Shown here: positions 9,387 to 15,718 of the stretch, piece after piece | How the letters are laid out: each line of letters begins with the position of its first letter | Position numbering within the stretch: position 1 is the stretch's first letter | Translations under genes and position numbers: made by a program | NCBI GenBank assembly: GCA_963843975.1 | Contig: CAWJMG010000003.1 | Coordinates: forward strand, 300,001-332,000 | Source: an uncultured Actinomycetes bacterium | Lineage (GTDB): Bacteria > Actinomycetota > Actinomycetes > S36-B12 > CAIYMF01 | DNA length: 32,000 bases | Direction: 5' to 3' | Notes under the pieces: generated by a model | Databases searched by the model: none | What the model was told of the DNA's origin: nothing | What the model saw: only the letters and a program-made list of their open reading frames with translations

Positions 9387-9434
9387 GGCTCCTAGCGTCG
9401 GTCACACGTTGATCGCCTCGCTAAGGAGAACGCC

Positions 9435-9995
9435 ATGACCACCAGCCCGTCCGACACCGCCGTCGACGTCACCACTTCGCTCGACCGCGAGCGCACCGAC
9501 CTGCTCGAGACCCTGCGCCAGCACCGCTGGTTCTTCACGTACACCGTGCAGGGGCTCACCGACGTACAGGCTCATGAGCGCACGACCGCCAGCGAGCTGA
9601 CGCTGGCCGGTCTCGTCCACCACGTCGCCGACACCGAGGCCACGTGGGCGAAGTTCATGGTCGACGGGCCGGCGGCGATGGCCGCGGAGACCGAGTTCTG
9701 GACAGACCCCGCGAACGATGTCGACCCCGCGAGCCGCTTCCGCCTGCGCGAGGGGCAGACGCTCGCGCAGGCGCTCGCGGAGTACGCCGCCATCGCCGCC
9801 CGGACCGACGCTCTCGTGGCGTCTCTGCCCAGCCTCGACGCCGACCACGAGCTGCCGCCGGCCCCTTGGTTCGAGCCCGGCAAGCGCTGGAGCGCGCGAC
9901 GCGTGCTGCTGCACCTCATCGCCGAGACCGCGCAGCACGCCGGTCACGCCGACATCCTGCGCGAGTCCCTCGACGGCCAGAAGACCATGGGCTGA
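9435..9995 (+). CDS. DinB-family (DUF664 / mycothiol-transferase-like) protein
   Basis: 'LLETLRQHRWFFTYTVQGLTDVQ', 'LAGLVHHVADTE' and the C-terminal 'LLHLIAETAQHAGHADILRE' are typical of the DinB_2/DUF664 four-helix-bundle family. AAGGAGA RBS 5 nt upstream. Confidence 0.8.
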   Translation: MTTSPSDTAVDVTTSLDRERTDLLETLRQHRWFFTYTVQGLTDVQAHERTTASELTLAGLVHHVADTEATWAKFMVDGPAAMAAETEFWTDPANDVDPASRFRLREGQTLAQALAEYAAIAARTDALVASLPSLDADHELPPAPWFEPGKRWSARRVLLHLIAETAQHAGHADILRESLDGQKTMG

Positions 9996-10017
9996 CGCCG
10001 TACTCGGTGTTGCCGGC

Positions 10018-10064
10018 GTACCTCGTGCCAGAGCGCGTCGCAGGGAGCGCGTTCCGGCACGAGG
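10018..10064. repeat. interspersed intergenic repeat, copy d (strong hairpin, possible terminator of the DinB gene)
   Basis: GTACCTCGTGCCAGAGCGCGTCGCAGGGAGCGCGTTCCGGCACGAGG. The arms CCTCGTGCC / GGCACGAGG are perfect. The core GCGCGTCGCAGGGAGCGCGTTC aligns with the other copies listed in the repeat-family finding. Confidence 0.55.
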
Positions 10065-10207
10065 TTGCCGGGAGATCGTGGCTCAGCAGACCGGTACCGA
10101 TATGCGCATGCCGTGACCCGACACGCTTCGGAGCAACCAGCGGATGCGAATTCCGTCGTATAGCGCCCGCACGTCCTCCGTTGATCGCGCGGAGGGATTC
10201 GGGTAGC

Positions 10208-10531
10208 TCAGGCGGTGGGGAGCGCCGGGCGGTGCATCACGGCCCAGGTGGGGGTGACCTCGACGTGGTCGTCGTACGCCGTCGCGTCGCCGTCGACGAT
10301 GAGGCTGTAGTCGGTGCCGCTCGCGCCGGGGAACATGAGGGTGACCGCAGGCCGTGCGGTCGCGTTCTCCGCTGTACGGCGGCCCACGCTGGCGACGAGC
10401 ACGCCGTCGACGTACTGCGTGGGTACGGCGAGGCTCTGCGCGCGGCCGTCGTCCCTGACCGTGACGAGGTAACCCCAGGGGTAGCCCTCGAGCTTGGCGG
10501 CCAGATCGTCGAGCGGCACAGGGATGCTCAT
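10208..10531 (-). CDS. pyridoxamine 5'-phosphate oxidase-like (split beta-barrel) family protein
   Basis: 'YPWGYLVTVRDDGRAQSLAVPTQYVDGVLVASVGRRTAENATARPAVTLMF' resembles small PPOX/F420-type split-barrel proteins. I took the ATG at 10531 (MSIPVPLDD). Confidence 0.55.
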   Translation of the reverse strand: MSIPVPLDDLAAKLEGYPWGYLVTVRDDGRAQSLAVPTQYVDGVLVASVGRRTAENATARPAVTLMFPGASGTDYSLIVDGDATAYDDHVEVTPTWAVMHRPALPTA

Positions 10532-10614
10532 GCCCCGCAGCCTAGGCACCACGCCGCTCCGGCGGCGCGGTTCGCGAGCGGCTGACGGTCTGCCCGGCGT
10601 CGGCGTACCGGGAC

Positions 10615-10730
10615 GTAGCTGGGTGGGGAACCCGTCGTGGAGCGCACGGTGGTTACCCGGGTAACGCGATTGCTTGGTAGGTGGGTGGCGAATCCGTCGT
10701 GGAGCGAACGCTTGTTACCCGGGTAGTGCG
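10615..10730. repeat. interspersed intergenic repeat, tandem copies a and b (62-nt period)
   Basis: 10615..10668 is GTAGCTGGGTGGGGAACCCGTCGTGGAGCGCACGGTGGTTACCCGGGTAACGCG. 10677..10730 is GTAGGTGGGTGGCGAATCCGTCGTGGAGCGAACGCTTGTTACCCGGGTAGTGCG. The two are about 83% identical and lie in the divergent region upstream of pta. Confidence 0.7.
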
Positions 10731-10828
10731 GGTGATGTGGGTCGCGTTGTCGGGTGGTGCGGGCGCGGCGTACGGCGGGGTCTGGCAGGGTCGGCGGTAC
10801 GCGCACACCTGAGCCGGAGGGGCTGGCG

Positions 10829-12913
10829 ATGTCGGAGAGTCTCTACATCACCTCGGCCTCGCCGCGCGCGGGCAAGGCGGTCGCGGCGCTCGGGGTGCTC
10901 GAGCTGCTGGCGCGGCGCGTCGACCGGATCGGCCTGTTCCGCCCGCTGATCGACGGCGACGGCACGTCGGATGCCCTGGTCGAGCTGCTCGTCGACCGCT
11001 ACGACCTCGACGTCGACCTCGCGACCGCCTGCCCCATGACGTACGCCGATGCCGCGCGGCACCTGGAGTCGGGCCACCAGGACGCGGTCGTGACGGCGGC
11101 GGTCGAGGCGTTCACCGCGCTCAAGGCCCGCTACGACTTCGTGCTGGTCCTGGGCACCGACTACACCGGGCCGGCGGCGTCGACCGAGCTCGACCTCAAC
11201 GCGACCCTCGCGGCCAACCTCGGCACGCCTGTGCTGTCGGTCGTCTCGGCGTGGGACAGCGAGCCGGACGACGTACCCGCCGCCGTGGCCCAGGCACGGC
11301 ACGTGCTCACCGACCACGGCTGCACGTTGGTGGGCACGCTCGTGAACCGCGCGGACCCTCTGCGGCGCGACGAGATCGAGGGGCTGCTGGCGGCGTCGGC
11401 ATCGGACGAGCCGGTCTGGGTGCTGCCCGACCTGCCCGTGCTCTCGGCGCTCACCGTCGACGAGATCGCGACCGCGCTCGGCGGCACGGTGCTCGCGGGG
11501 GAGCCGGCCGACCTGCAGCGCGAGGTCGACCGCTTCGTCGCCGGCTCCGCGCACGTGCCCAACGTGCTGCCTCTGCTCGACACCGGCGTGCTGCTCGTCG
11601 CGGCCGGCGACCGTGCGGATCTGGCCGTCGCGATGGCGGCGTTCGCCTCGAGCCCCGACCTGCCCACGCCGGCCGGACTCGTCACGACTCTCGGCCTCGT
11701 GCCGGATGCCTTGACGCTGCAGCTGCTGCGGGCGTCGCGGCTGCCCGTGGTGGCGGTCGAGCGCGACACCTACGCCACGCTGCACCAGATCGAGGGCCTG
11801 CGCGGCGAGATCCGCGCGGGGTCGCGGCGCAAGATCGCTGCGGCGCTGGGGGAGTTCTCCGAGCATGTCGACACCGAGCGGCTCGCATCGCGCATCCGGT
11901 TCAGCACGTCGGAGACCGTGACGCCGTTGATGTTCGCGGTCGACGTCCTCGAGCGAGCGCGCGCGGATCGCAAGCGCATCGTGCTGCCGGAGGGCACCGA
12001 CGAGCGCATCCTGCGCGCGGCGGAGGAGCTGCTGCACGGACGCGTCGTCGACCTCGTGCTGCTTGGCGACCCGGGTGTGATCGCGGCGAAGGCGGCTGCG
12101 ATCGGCGTCGACATCACGGGCGCGTCGATCATCGACCCGGCATCTTCGGACCTGCTGCCGCTGCTCGCCGCGCGGTACGCCGAGCTGCGCGCGCACAAGG
12201 GCGTGACGCTCGAGCAGGCGCGCGACCGCGTGATCGACCCGTCGTACTTCGGGACGCTGCTCGTCGAGACCGGTCGCGTCGACGGCATGGTGTCGGGTGC
12301 GACGCACACCACCGCCGAGACCATCCGGCCGGCGCTCGAGGTGATCAAGACCGTGCCGGGCGTGTCCCTGGTGTCGTCGACGTTCCTCATGTGCCTGCCC
12401 GACCGCGTGCTGGCCTTCGCCGACTGCGCGGTCAACGTCGACCCGACCGCGCAGCAGCTCGCCGAGATCGCGTCGTCGACCGCCGACACCGCCGCGGCGT
12501 TCGGCATCGTGCCGCGCGTGGCGATGGTGTCGTACTCGACGGGATCGTCCGGGTCTGGTGCCGACGTCGAGAAGGTGCGCCTCGCGACGTCGCTCCTGGT
12601 CGAGCGGCGGCCGGATCTGCCCGTGGCCGGCCCGATCCAGTACGACGCGGCCGTGGATCCCGCGGTCGGCGCGTCGAAGATGCCGGGCAACGAGGTGGCC
12701 GGGCACGCGACCGTGCTGGTGTTCCCCGACCTCAACACGGGCAACGCGACGTACAAGGCCGTGCAGCGCTCGGCCGACGCCGTGGCGGTGGGGCCGGTGC
12801 TGCAGGGCCTGCGCCGTCCGGTGAACGACCTCAGCCGCGGCTGCACCGTGCCCGACATCGTCAACACGGTGGCCATCACCGCCATCCAGGCCCAGTCAGT
12901 CGCCTCGTCCTGA
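10829..12913 (+). CDS. pta: phosphate acetyltransferase, long form (N-terminal regulatory domains + PTA_PTB catalytic domain)
   Basis: N-terminus 'MSESLYITSASPRAGKAVAALGVLELLARR'. C-terminal catalytic half 'RIVLPEGTDERILRAAEELL...DGMVSGATHTTAETIRPALEVIKT...VFPDLNTGNATYKAVQR'. GGAGGGG RBS upstream of the ATG at 10829. Confidence 0.92.
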   Translation: MSESLYITSASPRAGKAVAALGVLELLARRVDRIGLFRPLIDGDGTSDALVELLVDRYDLDVDLATACPMTYADAARHLESGHQDAVVTAAVEAFTALKARYDFVLVLGTDYTGPAASTELDLNATLAANLGTPVLSVVSAWDSEPDDVPAAVAQARHVLTDHGCTLVGTLVNRADPLRRDEIEGLLAASASDEPVWVLPDLPVLSALTVDEIATALGGTVLAGEPADLQREVDRFVAGSAHVPNVLPLLDTGVLLVAAGDRADLAVAMAAFASSPDLPTPAGLVTTLGLVPDALTLQLLRASRLPVVAVERDTYATLHQIEGLRGEIRAGSRRKIAAALGEFSEHVDTERLASRIRFSTSETVTPLMFAVDVLERARADRKRIVLPEGTDERILRAAEELLHGRVVDLVLLGDPGVIAAKAAAIGVDITGASIIDPASSDLLPLLAARYAELRAHKGVTLEQARDRVIDPSYFGTLLVETGRVDGMVSGATHTTAETIRPALEVIKTVPGVSLVSSTFLMCLPDRVLAFADCAVNVDPTAQQLAEIASSTADTAAAFGIVPRVAMVSYSTGSSGSGADVEKVRLATSLLVERRPDLPVAGPIQYDAAVDPAVGASKMPGNEVAGHATVLVFPDLNTGNATYKAVQRSADAVAVGPVLQGLRRPVNDLSRGCTVPDIVNTVAITAIQAQSVASS

Positions 12914-12940
12914 GGGCGCACGCTTTGACGTGGTGGCGGC

Positions 12941-12996
12941 GTACCTGGGTGGCGAACGCGTCGCAGACCACACGCTCGTTGACCAGGGTCGGGGCG
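12941..12996. repeat. interspersed intergenic repeat, copy c
   Basis: GTACCTGGGTGGCGAACGCGTCGCAGACCACACGCTCGTTGACCAGGGTCGGGGCG, located between the convergent pta and nuclease stops. Confidence 0.6.
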
Positions 12997-12997
12997 A

Positions 12998-13543
12998 CTA
13001 GCAAATGTTGGCGCTCGCTTCGTCGGCGGCGATGTACTCCGCTTCGGCGGGGTGGGGGCCGTAGCCGTCGCGGGAGTCGTAGCGGGCGATGGCGACGCCG
13101 CTCTCGATGAGGCTGAGGCCGACGTCGGTACTGCCCACCCAGACGTAGCGCAGAAGTCGGCCGTAGCGGTCGGTGTCGTCGTCGTCCGGCACTCTCAGCA
13201 ACCGCGCCGCAGAGCCGACCGGGGCGAGCGCCTCGGCCTGGGCGGTCGCCTCGTCGAAGCCGCAGCGGCCGTGCTCGGGGGTGTCGATCCCGAGCAGCCG
13301 GACGCGCCCGGCCGTGGTGTCGACCGTGTCGCCGTCCACCCACCGGGTGATCACGACGTCCTGGCTCGGCAGCGAGGTTGCGTCGGGCCCGTCCGGGATC
13401 GACGTCGTGCGCGTGGTGGGGGCGGGGGTAACGCCGTCGGTCGACTGCGGCGCGCTGCTCGTTGGCTTGCTGTCGCTCGAGGGCTGGGGCGTGCACGCGA
13501 CCAGCGCGAGCGAGACCGCGACGGCGGCAAGACGCATCCCCAT
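12998..13543 (-). CDS. thermonuclease (SNase-like) family lipoprotein
   Basis: Lipobox 'SLALVAC'. 'VITRWVDGDTVD...RVRLLGIDTPE' and 'DRYGRLLRYVW' are staphylococcal-nuclease-fold motifs. Confidence 0.8.
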   Translation of the reverse strand: MGMRLAAVAVSLALVACTPQPSSDSKPTSSAPQSTDGVTPAPTTRTTSIPDGPDATSLPSQDVVITRWVDGDTVDTTAGRVRLLGIDTPEHGRCGFDEATAQAEALAPVGSAARLLRVPDDDDTDRYGRLLRYVWVGSTDVGLSLIESGVAIARYDSRDGYGPHPAEAEYIAADEASANIC

Positions 13544-13622
13544 GACACGTCGATCATGCCGCACCCGTACGACCCCAGTCCGATTCCACTGCCCGGGCGC
13601 CGGATCGGGGGTGCGTGGCGGC

Positions 13623-13680
13623 CTAGGTGTGTGGGGAACGCGTCTCAGGGAGCGCTTTCGCCGTACAGCTCGCGGGGCCG
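13623..13680. repeat. interspersed intergenic repeat, copy A
   Basis: CTAGGTGTGTGGGGAACGCGTCTCAGGGAGCGCTTTCGCCGTACAGCTCGCGGGGCCG. It shares the exact string TTCGCCGTACAGCT with copy B at 23522..23570. Confidence 0.6.
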
Positions 13681-13721
13681 AGGGGTGGGGAGCGTGGGCG
13701 GGCGGCGTCTGCCGCGGCGGC

Positions 13722-13727
13722 TAGGGT
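13722..13727 (+). promoter_or_regulatory. -10 hexamer TAGGGT placed for a leaderless recQ transcript
   Basis: TAGGGT-cggggc-ATG. The TANNNT hexamer ends 6 nt before the ATG at 13734 and there is no Shine-Dalgarno. This geometry is typical of actinobacterial leaderless mRNAs. Confidence 0.45.
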
Positions 13728-13733
13728 CGGGGC

Positions 13734-15569
13734 ATGACTCGTGATGCCTCCTCCGTGCTGGCGGAGGTGTTCGGGTTCTCGTCGTTCCGGGGTGCTCAGC
13801 AGGCGATCGTCGAGCGCACGGTGGCGGGTGACGACTCCGTCGTCCTCATGCCCACCGGTGGCGGCAAGTCGCTGTGCTACCAGCTGCCGGCGCTGCTGCG
13901 GCCGGGCGTCGGCATCGTCGTGTCGCCGCTGATCGCGCTCATGCACGACCAGGTCGAGGCGCTGCGGCTGCTCGGTGTGCGGGCGGCGTACTGGAACTCC
14001 ACGTCGTCCGCCGAGGAGACCGCGGCCACCCGCCGCGCTCTGCAGAGCGGCGAGCTCGACCTCCTGTACGTCGCCCCCGAGCGGCTGCTGCTGCCGTCGT
14101 TCCTGTCGGTGCTGCAAGAGGTAGCGAAGACCACGGGCATCGCACTGTTCGCCATCGACGAGGCGCACTGCGTCTCGCAGTGGGGCCACGACTTCCGGCC
14201 GGAGTACCTGCGGCTCGCGGAGATCACCGCGCACTTCCCGGGCGTGCCGCGCATCGCGCTCACCGCGACCGCCGACCCGATCACGCGCACCGAGATCTTC
14301 CAGCGGCTCGGGCTCGTGGGCGCGCAGGAGTTCGTGTCGAGCTTCGACCGTCCGAACATCAGGTACGTCGTCGAGGAGAAGACCGAGGCCCGCGCGCAGC
14401 TGCTGCGGTTCCTGGAGTCGGGGGATGACGGCGAGTCGCTGCGTGGCTCCGCGGGCATCGTGTACTGCCAGTCGCGCAAGCGCACCGAGGAGATCGCGGG
14501 CTGGCTGCGCGACGCTGGCCACGACGCGATCCCGTACCACGCGGGCATGGCCAACGACGACCGCTCCGCCGCGCAGCAGCGCTTCCGCCGCGAGGACGGC
14601 GTGGTGGTGGTCGCGACGATCGCGTTCGGCATGGGCATCGACAAGCCGGACGTCCGTTTCGTCGCGCACGTCGACCTGCCCAAGAGCCTCGAGGGCTACT
14701 ACCAGGAGACCGGACGCGCCGGCCGCGACGGTGACCCCGCGATCGCGTGGATGGCGTACGGCCTCGCCGACGTCGTCCAGCAGCGCTCGTTCATCAACGG
14801 CTCCGGCGGATCGCCCGAGCATCAGCGCGTCGACCAGATGAAGCTCGACGCCATGCTCGGGTACGCCGAGGCCTCCACCTGCCGCCGTCGGATCCTGCTG
14901 GCGTACTTCGACGAGGAGTCGGAGGACTGCGGCAACTGCGACACGTGCCTCTCGCCGCCTGAGCTGTGGGACGCGACCGTGCCCGCGCAGAAGGTGCTGT
15001 CGGCTGCGATCCGCACCGGGCAGCGCTTCGGCGCCGGGCACCTGATCGACGTACTCCTGGGCAAGCGCACGCCGAAGGTCGAGCAGTGGGACCACGACCA
15101 GCTGCCGACGTTCGGCGTCGGTGCTGACGTGAGCGACCGCGAGTGGCGCAGCATCGTGCGGCAGCTGGTCGCGCGCGGGATGCTCTCGCCCGATCCTGCG
15201 CGGATGGGGGCTTTGACCGTGTCTGAGGCGGCGCGGCCGGTGCTCGAGGGCGGCGCTGTGGTGCAGCTACGGCGTGTGTCGGCTCCAGTTGGCCGCACGA
15301 AGAAGGCGCGATCCGCTTCTGGCGCAGCGGCTTCGGCCGCTTCCCCTGCGGACAACGCGCTGTTCGAGCGGCTGCGAACGCTGCGGCGCGAACTGGCCGA
15401 CGCCGACGGCGTGCCGGCGTACGTCGTGCTGCCGGACCGCACCCTGTGGGAGCTCGTGGCGTCGAAGCCCACCACCACCGACGGCCTGCTCGCCGTCAAC
15501 GGCATCGGCCCCGCGAAGGCCGAGAAGTACGGCCCCCAGTTCCTCGAGGCCTTGGCCGAGACGGGCTGA
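13734..15569 (+). CDS. recQ: ATP-dependent DNA helicase RecQ
   Basis: '[42 protein letters not shown]', '[17 protein letters not shown]', 'YHAGM', '[20 protein letters not shown]', '[12 protein letters not shown]', Zn-binding '[12 protein letters not shown]...CGNCDTC', and a C-terminal HRDC ('[33 protein letters not shown]'). Confidence 0.97.
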   Translation: MTRDASSVLAEVFGFSSFRGAQQAIVERTVAGDDSVVLMPTGGGKSLCYQLPALLRPGVGIVVSPLIALMHDQVEALRLLGVRAAYWNSTSSAEETAATRRALQSGELDLLYVAPERLLLPSFLSVLQEVAKTTGIALFAIDEAHCVSQWGHDFRPEYLRLAEITAHFPGVPRIALTATADPITRTEIFQRLGLVGAQEFVSSFDRPNIRYVVEEKTEARAQLLRFLESGDDGESLRGSAGIVYCQSRKRTEEIAGWLRDAGHDAIPYHAGMANDDRSAAQQRFRREDGVVVVATIAFGMGIDKPDVRFVAHVDLPKSLEGYYQETGRAGRDGDPAIAWMAYGLADVVQQRSFINGSGGSPEHQRVDQMKLDAMLGYAEASTCRRRILLAYFDEESEDCGNCDTCLSPPELWDATVPAQKVLSAAIRTGQRFGAGHLIDVLLGKRTPKVEQWDHDQLPTFGVGADVSDREWRSIVRQLVARGMLSPDPARMGALTVSEAARPVLEGGAVVQLRRVSAPVGRTKKARSASGAAASAASPADNALFERLRTLRRELADADGVPAYVVLPDRTLWELVASKPTTTDGLLAVNGIGPAKAEKYGPQFLEALAETG

Positions 15570-15718
15570 TCCAGCTCAGCCCGCGTTGACGGGTCCGACT
15601 CCCTGCCCGCCTCGGATCCGCGTTCGTAGATCCCGGTCCGGTTTTGGCGTTCGTGAATGCCTCGTTTGTTGCGCTCTTAGCAACGAAGGCCCCCTTCATC
15701 GCAAACAGACCGCCGTTG

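Noticed and set aside
10715-13110. Long ORFs 10715..12706 (-) and 11251..13110 (+), and smaller ones overlapping pta.
   Set aside because: They are shadow frames of the unambiguous pta CDS. Their sequences are Arg-rich nonsense with no recognisable domains.
15641-15700. Low-GC patch with the hairpin CGTTTGTTGC-gctctta-GCAACGAAGG between convergent recQ and the membrane-protein gene. I considered it as an sRNA, a terminator or a seventh copy of the interspersed repeat.
   Set aside because: No U-tract follows it on either strand, and there are no promoter-like elements. It shares only GGCG...CGAAGG ends with copy B and cannot be aligned convincingly with the family. I left it unannotated.
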